Shown in pieces: positions 1 to 12,698 of a stretch of DNA of 50,943 nucleotides. A model generated the notes under the pieces. That model made no database searches. It was not told the origin of the DNA and saw nothing but the letters and a program-made list of their open reading frames with translations. The DNA is from Nemertoderma westbladi (taxonomy: Eukaryota > Animalia > Xenacoelomorpha): the NCBI GenBank assembly GCA_032718475.1, contig JAUCBJ010004597.1:1-50943 (forward strand), written 5' to 3'. Position 1 is the stretch's first letter. Every line of letters starts with the position of its first letter. A program made the position numbers and the translations under genes.

Positions 1-1273
1 CTTGGCCTGCTACCTAATGGATGCTCTCCTGTTTCCTATCACGTGCTTCCCTCCCCCCTATTGGCTAATAGGCTACTTCTCACCCTGGCACTCTCTGGGA
101 GTGTTTCCCCTCTGCTGCTAGCCTCTACTAGCTGTGTTCCCTCCGAGGTAGTTTGACCTCTAACCTTCCTTTCTATGTGGCTTTGGGGCTTGTGACGCCC
201 CCCCCCCCCCCCAAATGTTGGTTATGAGACGAGATTAATATTGCTAATATCGTATCTCCAACATATTGCTAAAATGCCACCATCCCATTTTCTGGTGGGT
301 AATGAAGTGGAATTGAATCCGCTTACATTTATATATTTATTTTTTATTTTAAATCGAATTTATTTATATAAAAATTTATATAACGAAACGAAACTAAAAT
401 TTAACCAATCCTAACACTTATTATTGCGTTTTTCATTTCGTTATTTTCATTTATTTTATTTGGTTTGGTTTTACATTTACTTTTCAAATGGATTAGAATT
501 ACCGGCACCCCCCCCCCCCCCCCCCCTCCCTCACGCACGTAGGCGCTCTCTTTGAATCTTATTGTTATAATTAATTGTAATAAATGCAAATTAATCTCAA
601 TTTACTTCATAGTTCAACATCGTACTCTGATATATCCGCACTGGTGGGTGGTATACCATGCGGCCGGATTTATGAAGACCTAAATCATCGTTGGTAAAAA
701 ATATTTTTTTGGTTTTCAAGCTCTGCCTTTGTGCACTGAATAATATGTACTGTACATTTACCCACGCTATATTATAACAACCCAAATCCCGCCCCAATTT
801 CGTGAGTGAGCCATGATTCGTATTTATTGTGCTAGACCTATGTGCTAAGTTCATTTCACTGGGCCGTGTTATGTTGTAACTGTTGTGTTGGTATAATGAT
901 TTTGTAACAAAAATGTATCTTTATAAATGACGATTATGATTATAAATAAACCAACTATGTGGGTTTGAAAAATTAATTTAAAACATTAAGGGAAAGGCTA
1001 CCCCCCCCCCCCCCCCCCCCCCTTACCACAGCTATAGGATAGGGTTACCCCCGACCGTTCCACCCCCAACCCCAGTTACAGTTATGGTTAAGGGTTACCA
1101 CCGACCCTTCCACCAACCCCCCCCCCCCCCCCCCCACCCTAAAAAAAAATGTCCCCACACTAAATTGCTGTATGACTACCGGTTCCACACTATGGATTGT
1201 TTGAATATGTTTGAAAATTGTGCACATGATTTATGAAGAAGAATTCATTTTTGTGCAAGGAAACAACACTTAT

Positions 1274-1629
1274 AATGCTCTCTGACACATCTGGTGTGTT
1301 CCATAAGTTACTGGGATTGAACAATTGTAATTGGAATACATCTTCATGTGGATTTCATTGTGATTAAGTAGAGCTTTAAAGGTTCAATATTACATTTTTT
1401 ATTAAGTAATACTTTTTGTTTTTTTTTGTTAATTTGAGTACTTCTGTATTTGCAATGCTCTCTGACATGTCTGGTGTATTTCAAAATCACTGGGGTTGAA
1501 CAATTGTTTATTGGAATACTCCCTCATGGGTTTTATTTGTGATATTGGAGCTTTAAGTTCAATATTAAATTTTTTATTAAGTGATACTTTTTGTGTTTTT
1601 TTTGTTAATTTGAGTATTTCTGTATTTGC
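1274..1629. repeat. Two-copy ~180 bp diverged tandem duplication
   Basis: Units at 1274-1453 and 1454-1629 both start AATGCTCTCTGACA and end TTGTTAATTTGAGTAyTTCTGTATTTGC. Confidence 0.85.
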
Positions 1630-1927
1630 TGGTATTGTATTTTGGGTCTTCTTTTGTTATTAATTTTGGTATTAATTATTTTTTATTAGTCCAGGGAATA
1701 TCCTTATTAACTCAGGGTCCTCACTCGTTAATTCAGAGACCATCCTCGTTAATTCAGAACCATGATTAACTCAAAAAATTTGAATAATCTTTTTAACTAT
1801 TATAAGGTTTTCTAAGGTGCTGAATTAATTGATTGAAAATGGTTTTAAATGGGCTGCTTTTATTGTAATTCCATTTCGTGTAATGTGTTTCGTGCCACAA
1901 ATTTTGTAGTATAAATTGGGGGGGTAT

Positions 1928-1963
1928 TTGCGCCTGTCGATTTATACGAATCGACAGGCGCAA
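1928..1963. other. Perfect 15 bp inverted repeat (hairpin/cruciform) in AT-rich DNA
   Basis: TTGCGCCTGTCGATT-tatacg-AATCGACAGGCGCAA. Confidence 0.85.
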
Positions 1964-3699
1964 CAAGAGTATTTGGAACATTACGACTACGCCCATGTAT
2001 AGTTATATATATTAGCCTACAAGTATAAATAAAACTGACCTTAACAAAATCAAGGTAGGCATTATTATTTACCATCAGCATCATGTGCTAATAATGACTC
2101 TCTAGTAATACCGAAATATTCTACTGTAGAACAATACCACATGGCCAACGCAGTCGGCCATGCACTCGCATGGCGCAAATTCTCCATTTGCGCTCTCCAC
2201 CTGGATAGTATAGTACATGTGTTGCTCCTTCAGTTGTTCAAAATACTACCGGGTGGTACTCAGGCGCGTCCTAAAAATCTCTCAAGAGGACATCTTAGTA
2301 AGATTAATAGGCAGAAGAACTGCCACCAGACTAATGTTGTGCGAATCAAACTCAGTCCTAAATAAATATTGGCTTACACATTCTTTTAGGTTGGTAGCGT
2401 AGCTCGCCTTGAACGTGTCCGTCTGAGTTACTGGCATTCACAGTGATATTGTTTTTTGTAGAGCAACTGAAATTTGTAGTCGACAGGTTGATGCAATCAA
2501 ACACAACCTGATTGGTGGTTCCTTCCATGAAAGGGGGGCAATCTATCGGGACTTCCATGTACCTAAAAGAGATTATTATTACACTTATTATTTAATATTT
2601 AATATTAATCTGTATCGTATTTTCTTTACTTATATCAACCTTTGAGGAAATATTTTGCACCCAGATTTTAACTATCTCATAAAAAAAGTTAATTTTCTTC
2701 GGTCGTTAGGCCAGCGATTAGGAACAAATTCGTTCGACTTATTATTATTTATCTTTAGAAAGGGGGGGGGGGGGGGGTATACCTTAGGGTGGTTCTTAAA
2801 AATCGAAAATGTGATTTTTTGATCGCTCAGGGTGTCAATTGTGTCCATTCCATGAGAAAACACACCAAAAAAAATTTGAGCATCATATTTCAAATTTTAG
2901 GGTGTGCTCAAGCACATTGAAGTTTACAAATTTTAAGCGCGGCAGTCCACCTTGTGGGTTTAAGCATTATTTTTCAAATATCAATTTGTTCATATGAAAA
3001 TACACTTTTCTATACAATTGAACGATGCTGATTCCGAATCGGCTTTTGGATTTGCTAGCATGTCAAGTTCACTCGCTGTAATCAATTCAAGTTTAAGTAA
3101 AGCTGCGATAAGAATCAGTTATAGGTTATATAGTAATATAGGCAATAGGTCCAGCAAGGGTGGTCCAAAAAAACTTTTATTTCGAATTTCAACTCAGTTC
3201 GCACATCAGATGTCATCAAATGGGCCCAAACTTCGATAGATACCAAAATTTTGATTTGGAGATGACAGGAAATATTCCTACAGGCACATGGCCAGTTCCC
3301 GCCCTTGGCGGAAGTGAGTCATATTCCCCATTTTTATGATGTTCAACTTCTAGTATTCCTACTGCATTGATATTATGCTCATTAGAACCGCAATGACCGA
3401 TTTAGTTGGTGTAGATACCTTCAATACAAGCATAGAGCGAATAGTTATTGAGATATTGCAGAAAATGTGAAGTCCGGCACAAGTCAACATTAGCGCGTTG
3501 ATGCGATATTGACAAATACACTAAAAATGATAAGTCTTCTAATTATCTCAAGGCGTCCAGAATTCACACATAACTTCAATGATCAATTTAGGTGATGTTG
3601 ACACTCTAAAAATATGAGTTGAGTGATTAGTTCTCGAGTTATTGTACAAAATATCAAGGCTAGGTCCATCAATTTATGACCTTATTTTGAGTTGGGATA

Positions 3700-4049
3700 T
3701 TGAGTATTTATTGAGATCTTCCCTTTTGTCGTATTGAATGTAAGAGGTCTGCTGTTCTCAATTGCTTCTATTTGGACGATTACTGTATGTAATTGGTCTA
3801 GTAATTGGTGTAATTGGTTGTAACTGATCTACCTAGAACTTTCTTCATGCATCCCTTAGTTCAACCGACCATACGTTCGATGAAACCGTATACTGAGGGT
3901 TTAAGAGGTACATTAAATTCCCAATGTATTTCTTGTTTGCCGAATTCGTCTATTACTGCTGGACAATTTAACAATTTGTTTTGTAATACAATAATGTTGA
4001 TATGAAAATTAGAGGCATTGTCAGAAAACATATGAATGGGTATTCCGCG
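3700..4049 (-). pseudogene. Decayed BEL/Pao integrase core, downstream half (split by the 4050-7764 insertion)
   Basis: Minus strand reads RGIPIHMFSDNASNF...EFGKQEIHWEFNVPLKPSVYGFIERMVG*TKGCMKKVLGR...NSRPLTF. This resembles the integrase of the BEL at ~39110-39420 (RGIPQYIFSDNAS...WKFNVPLNPSAYGFIERLVG). Left boundary is approximate. Confidence 0.85.
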
Positions 4050-4775
4050 CGGCCCTTACATGCCAAAACCGTCTAACTCAGTTTTTTAGAAAAATGACAT
4101 GTGCATATTATTTGGAATCAGAAAACCGAGGCGCATCTTTCTAGCCAAGTCTTAAGACGTAATTATAAAGTCCTAAGGAGTTATATTTTTGCCAAAACCG
4201 TCTATCTCAACAATCTGTCAATAATAGTAAATCCCAAAACCTGGATTCAATATCTAATAATTATTCATTTGTATTGGCCAAAACAATCTATCTCTATGAT
4301 CTACAATACAATAATGACTGTAAACTTGCCTTATAGCCTAACAATTATGCTTTTACTAGTACCTAGTTTTACTAGTGTCCTAATATTTAGTGGGCTATCC
4401 AACATCGCAAATGTCATTTATATAGCTACAGTATGTTAGTTTTCGTGCCATGGTAACTTTCTGACACCCATCTCCAGTATTTTTCGTTCTAAAATTAAAT
4501 TAAAATTAAAAACTAACTAAAATAAATTGATTTGCGGTATATTTAGTTTTTTGGATGTTGATGACGATTGTAGAAACTCAAATATAACATTCGAGAAATT
4601 TTTTTGTAATTTTGAATGTGCCCCCTGGGGAACGAAAAAACAAGCAATCAAGCCAATTTTATGACCTTTATTGAAATATTTGATTTTTTTTGGAGTGCTG
4701 ATCACGAATATGACACAGAAATGTATTGCTTAAGGTCGTAGCAAGCCGACTTAAGGGCGTCACAATGATCCATTA

Positions 4776-5404
4776 CAAGGGGTTGGTGGAACATGAGTTT
4801 TATAGCCCCGGAAGACAATTAAAATTTAATTTTATCATAATTTTAATTTTATCATGGACTTATGTACGTCTCAATCTATTTAGCACTATTTTTTCGTAGT
4901 GGTTTGTAGGAATATTTGAAGTTTTGGAGACCGTAGGAGAATGCAGTTATTCCAGATCTCTGTTGCTTTCATTTACGTCTAGCCTGGAAATTAGGTGCGC
5001 ATGATCAAATTTAATTTATTGTAATGTAATTTGATTTTGTTATTATGTAAGCTTAGCCTATATCATAGTTGGGGGCGTTTGTTTAGCATTGTCTTATAAA
5101 GATATACTGTAGGTTCTGTTGTTCTAGGTTCTACTGTCTTATAAAAATATACTGCATTTATATAATTTTTTGGAGATATACTGTAGGTTCTGTTTAGCCA
5201 GTCATGAGTCTGATGTCCCTTACTGCTTTACATTGCATACCGGTACCGGTGTTTCATACCTTTGTGTTTTTGCAGTTTTACCAGTTTGTTTTAAGTAATC
5301 AGGCCCCGACGATACCCCAGCGGGGAGAAATATATAGGCCGTTGTTTAATTTATCTTTTAATTGTCTTCCGGCGCTATAAAACTCCTGTTCCACCAACCC
5401 CTTG
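4776..5404. mobile_element. MITE with ~50 bp TIRs flanked by TA (Tc1/mariner-like signature), nested in the 4050-7764 element
   Basis: TA-CAAGGGGTTGGTGGAACATGAGTTTTATAGCCCCGGAAGACAATTAAAA ... TTTTAATTGTCTTCCGGCGCTATAAAACTCCTGTTCCACCAACCCCTTG-TA. The true ends could lie a few bp further out. Confidence 0.8.
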
Positions 5405-6194
5405 TACTGGAATATATCGAACCTTGTTGATTATGGCATTTTTAGCAATGTGTCAATGTGCGGCACGAAAAATATAAATGTAGAATAAATTTGTTAATAA
5501 AAAATCATTACTATATCAACCTTATTTCATGACATTAGGGGTTTTCTGAGAAGTTGATCACGAATATGAGACACAAAAATATCATATTATCAAACTAAAT
5601 TCAATTTTTGGCATTTGTAAGTTTTATGCTACAGTAAAAAAACGTATTAAATTTTTGCTACATCTACTTTTCAACCTGGGGTATCAGAATGGCCCCAAAA
5701 ATGACGTTTGATGTACGAGAAATATTATTAACAAGTTTCATCTCGATCAGAGACCTCGAAAACCCATATACCTTCGGAAATATCAAACCAAACACAACAT
5801 AATTTTTGTTTTCTAACCAATTACGTATTAAAAAAGCCGGGCCAGATAGGGTTTATATCTGAGATAGTCTGATTTGGCATGTAAGAATGCCTAGAACTTC
5901 AGGTTAAACAACAAAATTTATACATGCCAAAACAGACTAACTCTGAGATAGACGGTTTTAGCACACAAATGTCTACGAAAAAATAAAAGCAAATACCCTC
6001 TATCTCACATTGTACTATGTAGATAGGAGTTTCAGTTAAAAATATGCTGTTCAGAGAATTCTATGACTATAACTTACCTAATGACATCATTTCACAGGAT
6101 TTCCACCAATCAGGATTCAAATGACAGGCCTGGAATGTATTTTGCGTTTTTCTCAAAACTATGTAAAAATGAGATAGACGGTTTTGGCATTTAA

Positions 6195-7754
6195 CCCTGT
6201 TAAACCCGGGGGGGGGGGGGGGGTCAATATGACCCCCCCCCCGTGGTTTTTTTATTATAATTCTGAAACAAAAGTAGTTGGGAATCTCACATTTTATGAC
6301 TTTTCCTAAAAATCTATTGTCTACCTAGTAGTGAAAACCGTTTCAAAAATATTGGGTAGTGTTTGAGTTATAGCACCATTTTTTAACCCTACTTTTGGCA
6401 CTTTTTTTGAGACGTTTTTTGAAAATTACATTATGAATTATACATTACATGAAAATTACATATGAATTGTAACATCTCTATTTTTGATTTACACCGGTTT
6501 TTTGGTGTTAGCAATTGGACAGAATTCATATAAATTGATTTAGAAATTTCAAACTTGTTTTTTTCGGCGGGTGCCAAATTTTGGTGACAGCACCAAATTT
6601 TGAAATATGCCAATTTTGTAAATTGATTGTTTGAAACTTGTTTTTTACGCAATTGGGGTTTTTTGGGATTCTAGTTTCGATGTAATATATACGAGTTGCA
6701 CTAAGCGTATCACACTTGTATTTTTCGGTGCTGTGTGCAAATTTTGGTGCTAGCACGAAATTTTGAAAATCCATTCAATAGATAAAATTGCTGGTGACAA
6801 TTTATTTCTTGCGTTTTAGAGGTTTATGGCTGTTCTGAATTCAATGGAATATATATTTATCGAACTAGACATCTCGAACTTGTATTTTTCGGAAGTGGGT
6901 GCAAAATGTGGAGCTAGCACCAAATTTTGAAAACCATCAAATATATCAATTGATTGTGTCACCTTGTTTCTTGCGTTATACGGGTTTGTGAGGGTTCTGA
7001 ATTCAATGGAATCAGGAAAAAAATTTCATAAGAGATTTCAAACTTGTATTTTTAGCCGGTGGGTGAAAATTGTTGTGCCAGCACCACATTTTGGAAAATA
7101 AGCAAATTGATCAGTAGATAGTATCATATCGTTTCTTGCATTATACGGGTATATGAGGGTCCTGAATCCGTTGGAATGAATAAAAACAGCACCGGATATC
7201 GCAAACTTGTACTTTTTGGTGGTGGGTACGAAATTTGGTGCTAGCACGAAAATTTGCCAAAATACGCCGAAAAATACAAGTAGCAATGATCTGGCATATT
7301 AGAAATGTATTCAATTGGAATCAGCGCCCTAGAAAACCTGAAAATGTGAAATTATAGCATCGTATAAGTGAATTAAAAATTTTGTGTTCTAACTGAAAAG
7401 TCCTGGTTACTTGTTTTTTTCATTTTTTCCTACGTAGAGTAATCATATAATTTTTAAATATTTTCCAATGTACAGTTGCGCCCCAGAAAACCTGTATTGA
7501 AAAACAGTTAGCCGAAAAATGTAACTTTCAAATTTTGTGAAAATTGTGCACAACTTGTAATTTTGGTGATGCAATATAACCACCCCAGTACATTTTTTCG
7601 AAATTTTTTTTTTAGGTCGGATCGAGACTAGTGATACCTACGTACAAACAAAAAATCAGACGTTTTCGTAAAAATTTGTAGATTTTAGGGGGGGGGGGGT
7701 CGATCCCCCCCCCCGGTATTTGTACAACATTTTATAGCCCGGTACTAATAGGGG
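6195..7754 (+). mobile_element. piggyBac-like non-autonomous element (MITE), copy 1
   Basis: TTAA TSD at 6191-6194 and 7755-7758. Termini CCCTGTTAAACCCGG ... CCGGTACTAATAGGG(G). Subterminal G-run/C-run palindromes (GGGGTCAATATGACCCC on the left). Internal ~160 bp subrepeats. No transposase. Confidence 0.9.
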
Positions 7755-7764
7755 TTAAGGGCCG

Positions 7765-7880
7765 CGCGGCGCGAGATAAACCGATGAAATTCGGCAATAA
7801 ATGATTTTTGGCTCAGATCCCTAACAATTTCTAGGTGTATTGCCCTAATTAGGCCTACTGCACATTTAAACACGTTCGTG
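7765..7880 (-). pseudogene. Decayed BEL/Pao integrase, upstream half
   Basis: Minus strand reads FKCAVGLIRAIHLEIVRDLSQKSFIAEFHRFISRR and joins the 3700-4049 fragment in frame. Confidence 0.8.
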
Positions 7881-8199
7881 GGGCCTTCGCACAGCACGAA
7901 AGCCTATGTTAGAAAGTACATTATACTAATCTCTATTAGATATACGAAAACTGTCTTTCCTAAAATATATATGAGTGAAGGCGATGCTATCAGTTTGTGT
8001 TAAACTAGTTGTAAAAATAGAGATCCATATCAGTTTGCCCGCCCTTACACACTTTAACTCTCATTTGTAAACCTTCTAACGAGGGCTATTTAAGTTAAGT
8101 ACGACATTTTTATTTTACAATACTCTTCTCCTTCAGGGACTTTCTGGAACAGCTGGGCCTAGAATATGAGCCCTGCAAGCGACCCATACAAACTATAAC

Positions 8200-11100
8200 A
8201 GACCATAAGGAAGTGGAATCTGGAGAGGTGCAACTCAGCGTAAAAGGGGTTATGGCGTGTTATTAAAGGGTGAAACTGACCATTAAAAACGCCCTGGTAC
8301 ACACCGATCTCAGAGTGCGATTCCGACAATCCTCCGAATATGCACCTCTTATACAACTAGATCGGGAGTACGTGGACCTAAGATGCCCACCATTGGACGT
8401 CAACAGAATCACGTTACTTATCGGACTCGATACACCAGAGTTGCATATACCCACTGGAGATATCGCCCGTTCCGTAAAGCCAGACGACGGTTTCTACGCA
8501 GAGCACACCATATTGGGATGGACGCTCTGCGGGATTAAAGAGGAAACCACCGATACCTATACATACCTCCCGAAGTGTCAGATTGAAGGAAACGCAACCT
8601 CCGTGGTTTACTGTTCAGCGACAGAATAAATGAGGATCTATTCTTGGAGACAAAGAAGACACAACAGGAGATGACGAAATACTTTAACCTGGAAACACAG
8701 GAATTCGCCGAAAAGGACGAAAAGCCATCGGAGGAGGACCAATACTGTGTGGACGTTCTAGACAAAGCAGTGTTTAAGGACGGACATTGATGCTCGCCAA
8801 TGTTATGGAAGGATCCGGACAGACCAATGGCTAGCAACGCTAGTATGGCCCTGAGGAGGCTAAAGGGAATCTTGCGCAGGTTGCACGAGCTACCCGAGGT
8901 CAAGGAGAAATATAACAACGTAATTAAGGGATACCTGGAAGATGGACTAGTGGAGATGGTTCCCCAGGACGAATTGCAGGGGACAAAGAGAACCTATTAT
9001 CTTCATACCCACTACGTGGTAGAGGCCCGGAAGGCCGGAAATATCCGGGTGGTGAATGATGCTGCAGCTATGTATCAAGGTGAGTCGTTGAATAGCCAAC
9101 TATACACCAGACCCAACATATACAGCACGCTAATCGGCGTATTGATCCGATTCCGGGAGAATAAAGTAGCCTTCACGTGTGACATCAAAGCAATGTTCCA
9201 CCAGGTGCGAACTTTACCACGAGATTCTGACTGCCTCCGTATTCTAAGGACAGACAAAACATTAACCCCACAAGGAATAAATCAACTTACCTTGGCGGAT
9301 GTGGATGTAATGCGGATGATCGTCCGGATTCGCCAGTCGCGTGTAGCGACATGCTGAAGAAGACTGCGACCATGTGCGAAAATGAGTTCCCTCCGACCGT
9401 CATCGAGACCATCCGGAGATGTTTCTATGTGGACTACGGATGCGCTGGCGCCGATAATGTTGACGAGGCATATCAGCTCGCAATCGGAATGGTGGAATGT
9501 TTAAAGAGGGGAGGTTTCCCCCTAGTGAAGTTTAGATCACATAACAAAGAGCTTATGGAAAAGCTCCCGGAAGAGATCAACAGCGTACTCGTTATTGAAT
9601 GGGACGTAAAATTGGACCAGTTTATCTTCAAACATAACCCCTTACCCAAACCAATGACAAAGAGGGGATGTTTATCCGTGAAGAGCGCCATCTTCGACCC
9701 TTTGAATTTCATATCCCCGGTAACGTTAGCCGGAATGAATCTCATTAAAGAAATGTGGATCGAAGGACTGGGATGGGATGAAGAACTCCCCCCTCACCTA
9801 AGCGCCAAATGAAGAAGTGGACGGAGCAACTGGAACAGCTCCACCTCATGCGGATTCCTCGACCGTTCTTCCTCGACAAGCTGCCCACCAACATATTCCA
9901 GCTCCATACCTTCTCGGATGCCTCGAATACTGGAATCGGGGTAGTTACGTACATCCAGAGGTTAAGCCAAGATGGAAACGGTGATATTAGTTTCTTGTTC
10001 TCCAAAGCGAAGACGGTATCTGGGGAATTTGTGGCAACTATCCCAAGGCTCGAGCTGCAAGCCGCAATCTGGGCCGTAAGACAAAACCGCATGATTATGC
10101 GAAACCTGAGGATCCCCATTGAATCTCAACATTTCTGGGTCGATTCCAGAATAGTGCTCTACTACCTCCACTCACCATCACGATGACACACAACATTCGT
10201 GGCGAACCGAGCCACGGAGATAAAACAGTGCACCAATCGAGAACAGTGGCATCATGTAAATGGGAAAGAGAACCCGGCGGACTTATCGAGCCGAGGCGCC
10301 ACCCCATGACAGCTCGGTAGGAGTAAACTCTGGCTTACAGGCCCGGAGTTCCTAAAGCAACCGCAACGGACCTGGAGCACCCGATGTGATCCCGGATTAG
10401 ATAGTGGTAAATACTCGGAGGATGATAAGGAGATCTGCAAGGTCCGTGAGAGCGCCACCGTGGAGATCTATAGTTGTCTGACTAAGCCTGCAAAGGACTC
10501 GGACAGGCACTATAATGTTGCGACACTGAGCAACCAGCCGCCTCCTTACGACTCCTCATAGAGCAGACGATGAAACATCTCATCCATCACGTTATGACCG
10601 CCCGTAATTTCCTGCGTGGAAGGATAACAAACCGATAGTTCAGCGGAGTGTACAAGAACTCGTTATCGCAGGGAAATGTATTGTAAGATATGTTCAGAAA
10701 GAAAGTTTCCCCGACGAATGGGAGCAGCTCAATGCGGGCAGGACCTTGAAAGCTGATAGCCCGGTCTACCAGTTGAGACCCATGATGGGAGATGACGGAT
10801 TGATCCGCCTTAATACCCGGATGGCGAACGCCCTGGTTGAGTATGAAATTAAGTATCCAGCACTTCTGCCAGGAATGTCTACACTAGCTAAGCTGCTAGT
10901 CCAACAATGTCATGAGGAAAACCATCATGTGGGCCAAAACTGGATCATGGCCAATATCCGGCAACGATACTGGATCACCCACATCCAGCCGCTAATTCGG
11001 AAAGTATTGAAATGGTGTTTCTCTTGTAGGAGATATCTATCGCCACCACTCACCCAAAGAATGGCCGACCTGCCGGCCACGAGACTCCAGTCCGACTCGC

Positions 11101-12066
11101 CGCCGTTCTACGTAACTGGCGTAGACTGCTTCCGACCATTTACAGTTATAGAGTGACGATCCAACATCAAATGTTGGGGAGCCATCTTTACATGTCTACT
11201 GTCAAGGGCGATTTACCTGGACCTTGTAGTGAACCTCACGCAGCACGCATTCATCAACACCCTGCGTCAGTTCGTAGCGAATAATGGTTCATGTACTCGG
11301 ACAATGGAACTAACTTTGTGGGAGGAGAAAGGGAACTAAGAGAGGCTATTGAAGGATGGTTCACTAACGAAACTGCGTCACACATCTGGAAGGAACACCA
11401 CATCCAATGGCACTTCCAGACACCCTTAGCACCCCATACAAGCGGGGTATGGGAGAAACTCATTGATTTAGTGAAACGATCCATGTGGATTGCGTTATGG
11501 GATACCAGGGTCACTCATTGCACACCACATTCTGCGAAATCACGGCTACCCTAAACAACTGGCCAATCATTCCCATCCATGACGACCCAACCGATCTGGA
11601 GCCCCTCACACCCAGACATCTCCTTGGTAGACCTAAGTCCAACATACTTCCAGAGGCCATCTTCCCGGATCCCAATGACATTGCGAAACACACAAACTGG
11701 AAGAAAGCCCAAGCGCTGGCGGCGCATTGGTGGAGAATTTGGGCCCAGGAGTACCTTATAACCCTTCGAATGAGGAGGAAATGGAATGATACGTACCGGA
11801 ATGTCGCAGTTGGGGACATGGTACTCGTCAAGGATGACCTTAAAGACTGCGTCCACTGGCCTGTGGCGCGTGTCATGGAAATAACCCCAAGCAAAGATGG
11901 ACTTGCGAGAACGGTGACGATACGAATGGCAAAGGGCCACTACCAATGCCCTATCCAGAGGCTTTGCCTTCTCGAAGGCAATGACAGTGGTGACTCCATG
12001 AGAGGTGATAAGTTCCCTACTCCGGATCCTGCTGCGGACATTGGTGACACTGATAAACCCGTTTAA
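8200..12066 (+). pseudogene. Decayed BEL/Pao pol (protease C-terminal region, RT, RNase H, integrase, C-terminal domain); 5' part absent
   Basis: Motifs in order: LLIGLD..TILGW; RVVNDAAA..GESLN..LIRFRE..CDIKAMFHQV; FYVDY (YxDD mutated); IFDPLNF; LHTFSDAS..TIPRLELQAA..WVDS; [10 protein letters not shown]; HEENHHVG..CFSC; YSDNGTNFVG..GVWEKLI; VGDMVLVKD..WPVARV..GLARTV. Many stops and frameshifts. Confidence 0.95.
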
Positions 12067-12335
12067 CACATCCCATCCTGTTGACAAACTCTTTAAATGT
12101 GATTTACCGACAATGATTATGGACCCCCCTTAAACCAACTGTAACCACGCATGGTATTTGTGTTTCCTCGTGTGTTATGTGGAGTCCAGCGTCACCCTGC
12201 AGATGTTTCGACTGACGCTGGGTAGTTTATGTTTTGTTCACCCTGATTTTGGTCATCAGGACCAACTACCTTGGTTTATTGGAAATAGGAAAGTTTCGAA
12301 GTGTAAGTCATTGTGTCTATTATGTTTGTCCTGTG

Positions 12336-12698
12336 TTGTCCGTTACGTGTGCAGTTTGGGGCGTAGGCGGTGTAATGAGTCCAGCTGTAGATCCCAGACT
12401 GCCGCATAACACCCCCTCTATCGCGTTATTCTGGTGGGTCCATGGTACATTCCACATGACTTCGTCGATAGAGACTTTATGTTCCTCAGCCACGTTATTC
12501 TGGTGGGTCCCTGGTGCATTCCACGTGACTTCGTCGGCTGAGCTTTATGTTTCTGGGAGTGTTATTCTGGTGGGTCCCTGGTGCATTCCATGTGACTTCA
12601 CTTCCAGCGTTCTATTCATTGTCCGTTACGTGTGCAGTTTGGGGCGTAGGCGGTGTATCGAATCCAGCTGTAGATCCCAGACTGCCGCGTAACACCCC
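12336..12698 (+). repeat. ~80 bp direct repeat (12336-12416, 12619-12698) enclosing three ~68 bp tandem units
   Basis: TTGTCCGTTACGTGTGCAGTTTGGGGCGTAGGCGGTGTA...CCAGCTGTAGATCCCAGACTGCCGC occurs twice. GTTATTCTGGTGGGTCCmTGGTrCATTCCA occurs at ~12425, ~12494 and ~12561. Confidence 0.9.
12358..12370 (+). promoter_or_regulatory. Putative polypurine tract of the 8200-12066 BEL element
   Basis: GGGGCGTAGGCGG immediately before TGTAA, ~300 bp after the pol stop. Confidence 0.55.

Larger units (their letters stand above)
4050..7764. mobile_element. Non-autonomous TIR DNA transposon, CGGCCC termini, 4 bp CGCG TSD, superfamily unassigned
   Basis: Left end is CGGCCCTTACATGCCAAAACCGTCTAACTC (4050). After removing the nested piggyBac MITE, the right end is GAGATAGACGGTTTTGGCATTTAAGGGCCG (6171-6194 plus 7759-7764). 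CGCG lies at 4046-4049 and 7765-7768. Removing the element and one CGCG restores the in-frame integrase ...FISRRGIP... Related GCCAAAACCGTCTATCTC motifs recur near 4190 and 5860-5960. Confidence 0.85.

Noticed and set aside
2090-2570. Minus-strand host exon after a TTTTAG acceptor
   Set aside because: All frames contain stops and I recognise no protein family.
6431-7286. Short ORFs repeated in the MITE copies (also 27360-28198 and 40904-41350)
   Set aside because: Chance ORFs in AT-rich subrepeats with no transposase motifs.
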